A stretch of 64,000 nucleotides of DNA from Parcubacteria group bacterium. GTDB taxonomy: Bacteria; Patescibacteriota; Minisyncoccia; Phycocordibacterales; Phycocordibacteraceae. Each line of letters begins with the position of its first letter. Position 1 is the stretch's first letter. Where the stretch lies: NCBI GenBank assembly GCA_028286605.1, contig JAQBRE010000002.1, positions 262,011 to 326,010 on the forward strand, written 5' to 3'. The position numbers and the translations under genes are program-made. Positions 36,364 to 45,308 of the stretch are shown piece after piece. The notes under the pieces are model-generated. The model saw only the letters and a list, made by a program, of their open reading frames with translations, did no database searches and had not been told where the DNA came from.

Positions 36364-36393
36364 CTCCTCATGCGTCAGGAGTATACTTGTGCT

Positions 36394-36478
36394 ATGTCCG
36401 TGGGGCATCGGCCCCTTATCCAACATTGTAGTTGATGTCGGACACCAAAATCTCCCGAGAAATCGGGAGATTTTGTTT
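36394..36478 (+). ncRNA. candidate small structured RNA
   Basis: TTGACT-N16-TATACT promoter (36360-36387); TGTCCG/CGGACA closing stem plus CCA, two inner hairpins, terminator 36447-36474. Confidence 0.4.
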
Positions 36479-36864
36479 TATTTACTCTTACCCGCTGTCA
36501 TAATTGAGTAGAAATGCTTTTGTCCTTTGTTCATTTGGCGTATAACTGCTTTAACAAGTATTCCGTCCTTTACCTTCTTAAGAGTCCAGTACTCTGTAAC
36601 TGAACCATTAAGAACATTTTTCCTATACTCAAGCTCAGTCTTTGGGTCAGTAATTATATCTGTAATATAAGATACAAGAGAAAACCGTCGCACTTGTTCG
36701 CTATAGGAACGCATGACCTGCTTTCGAATCAAATGGCGAAACCCAATGTTGTTGAAGTGGATATACTCATTGTTTAAGACGGGACAGCGCATCTTTTTAA
36801 TCTTTTTGTAATCCTTCAAGGCTCGGTTTTTTATCTCTTCGTAGTTTTCCGAGTCTGAGTGCAT
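36478..36864 (-). CDS. basic hypothetical protein, possible RelE/BECR-fold nuclease
   Basis: AT-rich 128-aa ORF; IHFNNIGFRHL...KHFYSIM. Confidence 0.65.
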   Translation of the reverse strand: MHSDSENYEEIKNRALKDYKKIKKMRCPVLNNEYIHFNNIGFRHLIRKQVMRSYSEQVRRFSLVSYITDIITDPKTELEYRKNVLNGSVTEYWTLKKVKDGILVKAVIRQMNKGQKHFYSIMTAGKSK

Positions 36865-36929
36865 TTATTTAATTTTCTCAGCACTCAATCAAAATCTGTC
36901 TATTTTAGAAGCTGTACAAGCTTTTATCT

Positions 36930-36985
36930 CTTCAGTTTTTCTTTATCTTTTCTTTAAAACTCCTTGATGGGTAAAAGCGTATAGT
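36930..36985 (+). promoter_or_regulatory. 11-bp-period direct-repeat box plus -10 element upstream of radC
   Basis: CTTCA/CTTTA/CTTTA/CTTGA at 36930/36941/36952/36963, then 12 nt, then TATAGT. Confidence 0.75.
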
Positions 36986-37013
36986 ATGGGTGTTCTGATA
37001 TATAATCTTCTAT

Positions 37014-37748
37014 ATGGAACGAACTTACGTAATGACCAATCATGATCTAGTGCTAGATGGAACAGGGAAGCGCTATGAGTTGCGCGTCCGTGATTTGCCG
37101 AACGAGGAGAAGCCGCGCGAGCGATTAGCCGCTGAAGGGCCGAACGCACTCTCAGTACGAGAACTTCTGGCAATCGTGCTTACAACCGGTACGAAGAAGG
37201 AAGAAGTGCTCGCCATGACCACACGCATTGTAAACGAGTATGGCGATCGTAATATTCTTATGGCCACGGACGCGAAAGCGCTTTCAGCCGATCTCGACAT
37301 TCCGATCGTAAAGGCAATGCAGATAGTTGCCGTGGGTGAGCTTGGTCGTCGCTTTTTCCGCAAGCAGAAAAATGGCGCAGCAATCATTCGCACTGCACGA
37401 GATGTGTACGACTACACTATCGACATGCGTGCTCTGCCGAAAGAGCATCTTCGCGGCCTGTACCTGGACGCACACTACCAAGTCATTCATGATGAAACTC
37501 TTTCTATCGGTACGATCGATGCAAATCTGATTCACCCACGTGAGGTATTTCGTCCAGCGCTTGCTCATGCTGCCGCTGCCGTCGTACTGGTACACAATCA
37601 TCCTTCTGGCATCGTTACGCCGAGCGAAGCAGATTGCGTCGTAACTCAGCAGATTGCCGCAGCAGGGAAGATCGTCGGCATCGATCTTGTGGATCATGTG
37701 GTTATTACGGAAGACAGCTTTATAAGTATTCCCGTTGAATTCATATGA
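37014..37748 (+). CDS. radC: RadC/JAB-domain protein
   Basis: EKPRERL, HPREVF, HNHPSG...SEAD, DHVVI. Confidence 0.95.
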   Translation: MERTYVMTNHDLVLDGTGKRYELRVRDLPNEEKPRERLAAEGPNALSVRELLAIVLTTGTKKEEVLAMTTRIVNEYGDRNILMATDAKALSADLDIPIVKAMQIVAVGELGRRFFRKQKNGAAIIRTARDVYDYTIDMRALPKEHLRGLYLDAHYQVIHDETLSIGTIDANLIHPREVFRPALAHAAAAVVLVHNHPSGIVTPSEADCVVTQQIAAAGKIVGIDLVDHVVITEDSFISIPVEFI

Positions 37749-38053
37749 CTACATCACATATCCAATCCACCACCCGCACCTACGCACGCAGCTCTTATTC
37801 AAATGCTGTCGTATGCGGTTCACGCAACGCAACGCAATTCTATATCTACGACCGTTCGGCGTGGGAGACATTCGAGCCCGCAGACTTGCCGGAATATCTC
37901 ACCGAAGGTGCTGAGAAAGCCGCAGCTCATTTAGAGCGTATTGCCTATCTTGATCATCCGTACACGGAACAAGATGAACAGAATCTACGTTTTATGGTTG
38001 AAGCACTCTTACAGGCACGTCGTGCAGCTGATGAATTGATATCTACGCGCTAG
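37745..38053 (+). CDS. hypothetical protein translationally coupled to radC
   Basis: ATGA overlap with the radC stop. Confidence 0.6.
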   Translation: MTTSHIQSTTRTYARSSYSNAVVCGSRNATQFYIYDRSAWETFEPADLPEYLTEGAEKAAAHLERIAYLDHPYTEQDEQNLRFMVEALLQARRAADELISTR

Positions 38054-40076
38054 TTTCGTCAGCCGATAAAATAGGCAAGTGAATAGTCATGATTGTCCCG
38101 TTACCGAGGATGCTTTCGGTTTCAATTCGACCCCCATGTCGTTCGACAATTCGCTTCGTTATAGCAAGGCCGATTCCTGAACCCTGTGCATCTTGTGCTC
38201 GATAGAAACGTTCGAAGATATGAGGAAGGCGTTCTTCGCCGATGCCTATACCAGTGTCTTTTATAGAAATTTCTACGCTGTCATTGTTGCGCACGAGCTG
38301 GATATGAATATTCCGCACAGGACATCCTGCGGTATACCGTACTGCATTACTGAGAATGTTTGTTATTGCTTCTTCGATTTGTCTCTTATTGCCGTCTAGA
38401 TATATCTCAGGCGCTATATTCGCGCTGAATTGAATCTCATTGTTCACGCATATGACATGGACATATTCAACGATTCGCTCAATGCTCTCGCTCAGGTTGA
38501 ATGACATCGGAGCATCAGATCCTGGCAGAGACTCAATGCGTGCAAGAGCCAAAAGATTGCTGGTGAGGCGAGACAATTCTTCAATGCTGCGTGTCGCCAT
38601 AGAAACATGCCGATGTTGATCTGCCGGAATATTCTTCGTAACTATCTCTATAGTACTGGTAAGTACGGTGAGCGGAGTTTGGAGTGCGTGCGATATGTCG
38701 TCAATGAATTCACGCTGACTTGTCCGAAGCTCTTCAAGATGCCGGGTGCGTTCCTGAACCTTATCTTCAAGATTGTCTGAATGCTGTTTGAGTTGCTCAT
38801 ACAGCTCTGCCTTTTCAAGCGCAACAGTCGCTTGGTTCGCGAACGTTCGTAATAAAGCTCGATCTTCTTTCGTATACGGATCTCCTGAGCGCTTTTGCCA
38901 CAGAAGAAATTCACCCAGGGTTCGTCCTTGCGAATATATCGGAATGATAAGGCCGCGGTGATCAGGCAGTATCGTTTCAAAAGGAAGAGCATAATCGCCG
39001 CTCATGTCATACCGTTTTCCGGTCTTCAAGTAATGGAACTCAATCCGATCTGGTTTTAAGATTCGGCTAAGCATGTGCAGGCTCCGGGCGATAAGCTGAG
39101 GAATACGGACGGTGGTATTAAGAACACCACCCAGTTCCTCAAGTGCGATTGAATACTCATATACATCCTTAAAGAAGAAACGATCGGTCTGCTTCCGAAA
39201 ATATGCTTCAATATGCGGTGCGCCGAATATCCCCACTATCACCGTCACCGTTCCTATTAGGAATTCCAATGCATCTGAATTAATTCGAAACAGGTACGCA
39301 AGGATGAATAAAAGAAGAAGATAAACACTTAAAAAGCTTCCAAGTAGCAAGCTATAAATAAGTCCGCGACGAATGAGCGGAGTAACGTCTAAGAATCGGT
39401 GGCGTACCATCGCATAGGTGCTGCATCCAACCATAATTATTGAAAACAGCGGCGCTATTTTGGAAGCATTAATAAGTGCAGGAATGAAATATGGCAGTAG
39501 TGCGGCACATATGATCACAAGGCTTAGAAAGGCTAACCAGCCGATAATGATCAATACGGCTTGATCACGAACGACCGTGCGTCCAGCCCTGCGAGCCGTC
39601 TTTACGAGTTCAGTGACGCCAAATCCAGCGATCAGGAGGCCGAGCAAGCTGAAGGGAATATAGAGAAATCCGAAGGTGAGATCATTCAACCCTGCGCTGC
39701 CAAGGACTGCATCAGAAAATACAAGATTACTCCCAATCGTTATGCCGATCATGATAAAAGAAGCTAGCGACACAAGGAAGAAGTACGGAGTAATACGTAT
39801 TTTTCGTGTCTGGGCGAAGGTTAGTGTAAAGACATAGAATACAAATATGTATCCGAGTGCGAAGCTGAAAAGCGCGCGCATCCAGAACAGTGCTTCTGCG
39901 CCCGTCGCACTTTCATCGATTGCGTAATTCGCTATTGTCCACAGGATGATTAGTCCGACCATCGTTAGAAATAGTCGAGCGTTTATGGTGCGTCTACCAG
40001 CTCGCCACACGAAGGCGGCTAGTATTGCGTTTGCCACTATAGTGACGATAAAAATTGCGCTATTTATGTCGGTCAT
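38043..40076 (-). CDS. sensor histidine kinase with N-terminal 7TM-type membrane domain and GAF-like linker
   Basis: Multi-TM N-terminus; H-box DISHALQTPL; NILSNAVRY, DTGIGI, GSGIGL. Confidence 0.93.
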   Translation of the reverse strand: MTDINSAIFIVTIVANAILAAFVWRAGRRTINARLFLTMVGLIILWTIANYAIDESATGAEALFWMRALFSFALGYIFVFYVFTLTFAQTRKIRITPYFFLVSLASFIMIGITIGSNLVFSDAVLGSAGLNDLTFGFLYIPFSLLGLLIAGFGVTELVKTARRAGRTVVRDQAVLIIIGWLAFLSLVIICAALLPYFIPALINASKIAPLFSIIMVGCSTYAMVRHRFLDVTPLIRRGLIYSLLLGSFLSVYLLLLFILAYLFRINSDALEFLIGTVTVIVGIFGAPHIEAYFRKQTDRFFFKDVYEYSIALEELGGVLNTTVRIPQLIARSLHMLSRILKPDRIEFHYLKTGKRYDMSGDYALPFETILPDHRGLIIPIYSQGRTLGEFLLWQKRSGDPYTKEDRALLRTFANQATVALEKAELYEQLKQHSDNLEDKVQERTRHLEELRTSQREFIDDISHALQTPLTVLTSTIEIVTKNIPADQHRHVSMATRSIEELSRLTSNLLALARIESLPGSDAPMSFNLSESIERIVEYVHVICVNNEIQFSANIAPEIYLDGNKRQIEEAITNILSNAVRYTAGCPVRNIHIQLVRNNDSVEISIKDTGIGIGEERLPHIFERFYRAQDAQGSGIGLAITKRIVERHGGRIETESILGNGTIMTIHLPILSADETSA

Positions 40077-40111
40077 AGATTCCTGCTAATGAGGTATTCA
40101 TATAATACGGT

Positions 40112-40136
40112 GGGCGGTACCTTTCAGGTACCGCCC
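40112..40136. terminator. hairpin between the acyl synthase gene and the kinase gene
   Basis: GGGCGGTACC-TTTCA-GGTACCGCCC. Confidence 0.6.
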
Positions 40137-40144
40137 GTAGTGTC

Positions 40145-40786
40145 TTATTTTATTGCCCATTCTGTTTTTGCAGTACTGTACCGAGAGTACATGTGTTCAG
40201 CGTGTTTTGCTAGTTGGCTTTCAAACTCATCGATCCAAATAATGGAAGGAACTACAATACCTCCGTGATACAGATACGGTGCTGCAAGCGCATGTTGCGT
40301 TCCGAAGAATGTCTCATTGATACGTTCGAATATTCGTGGACTGCCGAGCGATACAAGACCTATCATTCCTTTTGCGCTTGCATAGGCAACTGATTGTATG
40401 ACGGCCTCCGAGAGTACTTGCCGTGCAGGATCAGAACCTCTTGATAAAGAACGGGCTGCAGACACGACACGCGTAGACTCACAGAGCCTCTTAGAAATGC
40501 CTTCAATAGCGAGACGAGGGAAAGCTGATAAGAGCGGAAGGCCGTGAGTCCCCACTATCAGACGAAACGTACCTGCTATCGTTTTTGGCTCTGTTCTCGT
40601 GTACAGAAGGCAATACGCGGCCCTCTCCGTGTCGTATTCATCACTTGGTTCTGCAGCGATCTCCTTACTGATATAGCCTTTTCGCAGATAGGAATCAGCA
40701 ATAAGCGCGAGATGTGCTAAATATTCTGTTGATCGGAAGAGCGCCGATGCGACAAGATATGGCGATATTTGTTCAGGATTATTCAT
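40145..40786 (-). CDS. FeeM-like N-acyl amino acid synthase (GNAT/LuxI-related fold)
   Basis: SYLRKGYI...DEYD...IAGTFRLI...GLPL...CESTR pattern. Confidence 0.7.
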   Translation of the reverse strand: MNNPEQISPYLVASALFRSTEYLAHLALIADSYLRKGYISKEIAAEPSDEYDTERAAYCLLYTRTEPKTIAGTFRLIVGTHGLPLLSAFPRLAIEGISKRLCESTRVVSAARSLSRGSDPARQVLSEAVIQSVAYASAKGMIGLVSLGSPRIFERINETFFGTQHALAAPYLYHGGIVVPSIIWIDEFESQLAKHAEHMYSRYSTAKTEWAIK

Positions 40787-41743
40787 CTATCGTTCCTTAC
40801 GTTTAACTATGACTTTCATTTCGAACCGTGCTGCGTCGAAGTACCCATATCCTGGAGAAACAGGTATCTGCAGTATCGAACGTTCTGAACCAAACGAAGC
40901 GAGTAGATACAAGAGGACCTGGTTGGCGACAATGCCTGCCGCAACCAAGGGATTAGTTGTAATAATAGAAGCAGTCCCTTCTTTTATAAGACGCTCCATG
41001 ACTTGTGCAGCGGTGTCAGTGGAATAGTTCGGAATAGACGGAATGAAGGCGTTCAAGATTTTTGTAGCCAGAGCAACTCGCTCCACATCGCTGATAGTTC
41101 CCTCGAGCACCGCACGTTCAAGGCGATCTGCTTCTGACAAGCTTAATCCAAGCAATGTCTCGACATGCATACTTTGGGGCGTAAACAGATGCAGATAGGA
41201 GGCAAATCCAACGCTTAATCCATTGAAGATCGCTATGCCACAAGCACGTGCCGCCTGATGCATGTGTATGCAGGAACTGATATTCCAGAACTCAATCTCG
41301 TCGATAATTACATCGGCGCCTTTGATGAATTCGGCAGCCGTGTCGACGGTAATGCCTTGCGGATACACCACCAGACGATAATCATTTGTGATGGCACGCA
41401 TACTCCGAGCCGTTTCAATCGCTTTGGAGCGTCCGATCGTCCCGTCACCACAGGCAGCCTGCCGGTTCATATTCGAGAGCTCGAAGGATTCGGGGTCTGC
41501 AATACGTATCTCTCCTATGCCAAGCCTCACCATCGCTTGCGCGACCAAGCCACCCATCCCGCCTGTTCCTGCAATCGCTACGCAGGTGTTTCTGAGTAAC
41601 GATTGTTCTTCTTTGGTAATCCAGCCGATATTTCTGTTCGTGCGTAATTCATAATAGGTATCACCTCGATCTATCAAGCGTAGCGCGAATGCTGAAGCAG
41701 GTCTGAATTCAGGAACAACATCATATTCTTCAAGCGTGTGCAT
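40787..41743 (-). CDS. ThiF/E1-like adenylyltransferase
   Basis: VAIAGTGGMGG, ADPESFELSNMNRQ, GRSKA. Confidence 0.9.
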   Translation of the reverse strand: MHTLEEYDVVPEFRPASAFALRLIDRGDTYYELRTNRNIGWITKEEQSLLRNTCVAIAGTGGMGGLVAQAMVRLGIGEIRIADPESFELSNMNRQAACGDGTIGRSKAIETARSMRAITNDYRLVVYPQGITVDTAAEFIKGADVIIDEIEFWNISSCIHMHQAARACGIAIFNGLSVGFASYLHLFTPQSMHVETLLGLSLSEADRLERAVLEGTISDVERVALATKILNAFIPSIPNYSTDTAAQVMERLIKEGTASIITTNPLVAAGIVANQVLLYLLASFGSERSILQIPVSPGYGYFDAARFEMKVIVKRKER

Positions 41744-41801
41744 CTGAACATTTCTTTCGTTGAGTAAGTACCGAATGAACAGGAATGAACATTCCTTACC
41801 T

Positions 41802-41857
41802 ATAGTAGTAAATCAGTGGTGATGGGAGCTTAAACAAAAGATAAAGAAAAACTGAAA
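41802..41857 (-). promoter_or_regulatory. 11-bp-period direct-repeat box plus -10 element upstream of the ThiF gene
   Basis: Minus strand TTTCA/CTTTA/GTTTA/CATCA at 11-bp spacing, then 12 nt, then TACTAT. Confidence 0.75.
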
Positions 41858-41909
41858 TAATTTACACTTATCCCCTGGCAAATTTTCTCACCCAGCACTC
41901 TGTAGAGAC

Positions 41910-42587
41910 TTATGGAGAGGGGAGATCAATTCGATACCCGCGCCCCGGTACGGTATGAATAAGTTTCTTTCGGTCTGGTCCTTCTATCTTTTTTCGCAAG
42001 CTTAGAATGTGCGATTCGATCGTGTTAGAGAATGGATCGCTCGTCATGTCCCATACGTGTTCCATAATCATTGCGCGTGAAAGCACGCTGCCGCGATTCC
42101 TCATAAGGTATTCCAGCAACATATACTCTTTACGGGTAAGGTATATATCCAAGCCCACGCGCTTTGCAGTTTGTTGCTTGGTATCGAGGGAAAGCGTATC
42201 GATAATAATAATGTCTCCCTCAAGCGCAGGCGGTCTTCGAAGGAGTGCACGTATTCGTGCCATAAGCTCTTCAAATGAGAACGGCTTGATCATATAATCG
42301 TCTGCACCAGCATTCAACAGATCAACCTTTCTCCATGAATCGGAAAGCACAGACAGAATCAAAATCGGCGTCATATTTCCAGTACGCCTAATATCCTCAC
42401 AAACAGCCATGCCATTCTTTTCTGGCAGCATATTATCAAGGATGATCAGGTCATATATATTGGTACGTGCCATGTATGAGCCCTCTATACCATCTTCCGC
42501 TGTGTCTACAGCAAAAGCACGAGCACGCAGATTTTCAGCTAATGTTTCGCGCACGCCACGTTCGTCATCTATTACAAGTGCTCTCAT
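41910..42587 (-). CDS. OmpR/PhoB-family response regulator
   Basis: VIDDE, LDNMLP, GADDYMIKPF, LRKKI, HTVPGRGY. Confidence 0.95.
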   Translation of the reverse strand: MRALVIDDERGVRETLAENLRARAFAVDTAEDGIEGSYMARTNIYDLIILDNMLPEKNGMAVCEDIRRTGNMTPILILSVLSDSWRKVDLLNAGADDYMIKPFSFEELMARIRALLRRPPALEGDIIIIDTLSLDTKQQTAKRVGLDIYLTRKEYMLLEYLMRNRGSVLSRAMIMEHVWDMTSDPFSNTIESHILSLRKKIEGPDRKKLIHTVPGRGYRIDLPSP

Positions 42588-42686
42588 GTCGTTATGGTAG
42601 CAATCTGCTTTTCACGCGTTCTCTTTCTGGTGGCAGTTCGGTGGATAACAAGCATGTTTTTGCTGTTAAACAGACACAATCGAGTT

Positions 42687-43271
42687 TCACGTTGATTTCT
42701 TTGACTCGGATATGAAGAAAAACACGAGAGAAATAACAGAACTTATGGCAATGAGATAGGTAAGTGCTACGAGTGCAGTATGAATGTCATGAGACCACGG
42801 CGTACCGATGGTGTAGCCGATAGCGAGATAGGCGACGACGCAGATGCTTTCGCCAGCTGCCGCTGCACCGAAGAACTTGAACAGGTTCATGCGCGTGAGC
42901 CCGGCGAGCGCATTCACCGGCATGCTCGTGAAGCCGATGAAACGAGATACGGCAACCACGAGAGTCGGATGTTTCCTGAAGTTCCGTTCTATAACGCCTG
43001 CGTAGCGATTCTTATTCACGAACTCCAGATACTTCTCTTTTTTCCCGACCCAGCGCGTTATGCCGTACGTGATAGCGTCATCTACCAAACTAGCCAAGAG
43101 CGCCACGATGAACGAAAGGGTGAGTGTAAAGAAGTGGTGATGGTGCGAAAGGACGCCGACGGCGATCAGCATCACGCCTGCAGGAACCGGCACGTAGGTC
43201 CCACCCAGAAGCACGAAAATAAATAGGGCAACGTACCCATATTGTGAAAGAAGTTGTAAGAACATCGCCAT
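42687..43271 (-). CDS. DedA/VTT family membrane protein
   Basis: YGYVALF, SRFIG...NALAGLTRM. Confidence 0.85.
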   Translation of the reverse strand: MAMFLQLLSQYGYVALFIFVLLGGTYVPVPAGVMLIAVGVLSHHHHFFTLTLSFIVALLASLVDDAITYGITRWVGKKEKYLEFVNKNRYAGVIERNFRKHPTLVVAVSRFIGFTSMPVNALAGLTRMNLFKFFGAAAAGESICVVAYLAIGYTIGTPWSHDIHTALVALTYLIAISSVISLVFFFISESKKST

Positions 43272-43327
43272 ACAGATTGATAGAGTGTAGCATTTTGCTT
43301 CTTGGTAAGAGAGTGAAGAGGCGATTA

Positions 43328-43357
43328 TTGACTATCGAACAAATGTTCGAGTATACT
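43328..43357 (+). promoter_or_regulatory. sigma70 promoter containing an SOS (Cheo-type) box
   Basis: TTGACT-N18-TATACT with palindrome CGAAC-AAAT-GTTCG at 43336-43349. Confidence 0.8.
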
Positions 43358-43363
43358 GTTTGT

Positions 43364-43930
43364 ATGGAAATAAGCCGTCATCGCAAGGTCTTGGGCTTCT
43401 ATCGGAAGAATAAACGCATGCCTTCTATTACGGAGATCATGGCGATCTTCGGGCTCTCTTCGCGTAGCAGTGGTTTTTATGTGATGCAGCAACTAGTTAA
43501 GCAAGGTGTGGCGGAAAAGGATCGCACAGGAAAGCTGGTGCCAGGGCCGGAACTCTTTACGCTGCCAGTGCTTGGGCGAATCCGTGCCGGATTCGCCGCG
43601 CCTGCCGAAGAAGAACTCGCAGATACTATTACGATAGGCGAGTACCTATTGGGTCGCCCCGAAGCAAGTTACCTATTAAAGGTAGAGGGTGATTCGATGC
43701 AGGATGCCGGCATACAGGAAGGCGACATGGTGGTATTCGAGCGTACGAATGATTACAAGCCGGGCGATATCGTCGTGGCGCTCACAGAAGACGGCTACAC
43801 GCTGAAATATCTACGCCGCAAAGACGGGAAGTATTACTTGGAAGCTGCGAACGAGAACTATCCGGATATTCATCCGCGCGAAGGTGAGATCATCGGCGTC
43901 GTCATCTCGACGTTCCGGACCTATTCCTAA
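43364..43930 (+). CDS. lexA: LexA-like repressor (wHTH plus S24 peptidase)
   Basis: PSITEI wHTH, AG cleavage site, GDSM Ser, TLK Lys. Confidence 0.85.
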   Translation: MEISRHRKVLGFYRKNKRMPSITEIMAIFGLSSRSSGFYVMQQLVKQGVAEKDRTGKLVPGPELFTLPVLGRIRAGFAAPAEEELADTITIGEYLLGRPEASYLLKVEGDSMQDAGIQEGDMVVFERTNDYKPGDIVVALTEDGYTLKYLRRKDGKYYLEAANENYPDIHPREGEIIGVVISTFRTYS

Positions 43931-43933
43931 GCT

Positions 43934-45247
43934 ATGTCCGATCTGCTTTCTACGCGATCGTTTCCGCGCGCTATCGTGCATTTCGACGGCGACTCGTTCT
44001 TCGCTTCGGTAGAGCAGCTGATGAATCATGAGCTGCGCGGCAAGCCGGTGATTACGGGCGGCGAGCGTGGTGCGGCAACTTCGCTTTCCTACGAAGCGAA
44101 ACGCATGGGTGCGCACCGCGGCATGAGCATGCGCGAGATAAAGAAGATATGCCCGAATGCAGTCATCGTTTCTTCGGATTATCTTTCGTACTCCATTTAC
44201 GCACGGCGCATGTATGCGATCGTACGTTCGTTCACGCCGGATGTAGAGGAATACAGCATCGACGAATGCTTTGCAGATATCACCGGGTTGCGCCAAAAAT
44301 ATCACATGCCATATGAAAAGATTACCCAGATGATTCAGGCGAAGCTGCTTGCTGATTTAGGATTGAGTTTCAGCGCAGGGCTGGGGCCGAACAAGAGCTT
44401 GGCGAAAGTTGCCTCGAAGTTCCGTAAGCCGGCAGGCTTCACGTCTATTCCTGCAAAAGAAGCACACTTATATTTGAAAGATGTATGGGTGGGGAGCGTG
44501 TGGGGCATGGGCGGCAGCACGAGCCTGTATATGCAGAAGCTCGGCATCAATACGGCGCTCGAGTTCGCGCAGCAGGATGCGCACTGGCTTGAGGTTAACA
44601 AGATAAGCAAGCCGTATCGAGATATCTGGACGGAACTGCGTGGCGGTTTCGTGAAGCAGCTCAATACAGCGAGTGATGATTCTATCGGTTCCATAATGAA
44701 AACGCAGACGTTCACGCCGCCCTCGAGCGACCGCGCCTTCATACTTTCGCAGCTAGCGCGCAATATCGAAGGCGCCTGCATGAAAGCACGCCGGCACGGC
44801 GTGCGCGGGCGCACCTGCTCCTTCTATCTGAAGACGCAGGACTTCACCTATAGCGGCCTTTCGCTCGAGCTCTCATTACCCTTAGCAGATCCGCGCGAGT
44901 TCATGCGGTTAATTGAAGCGGAATTCGATCGCGTGTTCGAAGAAGGTATACTGTATCGCGCCACCGGTTTTACGCTCCGTTCCATAACGGCAGACCACGC
45001 GATCATGAATGATCTCTTCGGCGATAGCGAGAAAGCAGAAGCGAAAGGCAAGATCCTTACGACGCTCGATATTCTTAATCACAAATTCGGAAGCAATACG
45101 GTACATTTCGCCTCGAGCTTCACGGCACGGAAGGATGGCGACGCGCATCAGGAGATGCGTGCGAAGAAGTCCCGTCCGAGAATCAATCTTTCTATAGAGA
45201 AGCGACGCAAGTCTTTGAACATTCCGTATCTTGGCATCGTTCGGTAA
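43934..45247 (+). CDS. dinB: Y-family DNA polymerase (Pol IV/UmuC-like)
   Basis: HFDGDSFFASVE, SYEAKRMG, SIDECFAD. Confidence 0.9.
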   Translation: MSDLLSTRSFPRAIVHFDGDSFFASVEQLMNHELRGKPVITGGERGAATSLSYEAKRMGAHRGMSMREIKKICPNAVIVSSDYLSYSIYARRMYAIVRSFTPDVEEYSIDECFADITGLRQKYHMPYEKITQMIQAKLLADLGLSFSAGLGPNKSLAKVASKFRKPAGFTSIPAKEAHLYLKDVWVGSVWGMGGSTSLYMQKLGINTALEFAQQDAHWLEVNKISKPYRDIWTELRGGFVKQLNTASDDSIGSIMKTQTFTPPSSDRAFILSQLARNIEGACMKARRHGVRGRTCSFYLKTQDFTYSGLSLELSLPLADPREFMRLIEAEFDRVFEEGILYRATGFTLRSITADHAIMNDLFGDSEKAEAKGKILTTLDILNHKFGSNTVHFASSFTARKDGDAHQEMRAKKSRPRINLSIEKRRKSLNIPYLGIVR

Positions 45248-45268
45248 TACCTACGTATAACGAGATAA

Positions 45269-45297
45269 GGAAAGGCCCCGCGAAGCGGGGCCTTTCC
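45269..45297. terminator. bidirectional terminator
   Basis: GGAAAGGCCCCGC-GAA-GCGGGGCCTTTCC between convergent genes. Confidence 0.8.
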
Positions 45298-45308
45298 ACG
45301 TCTATTCT

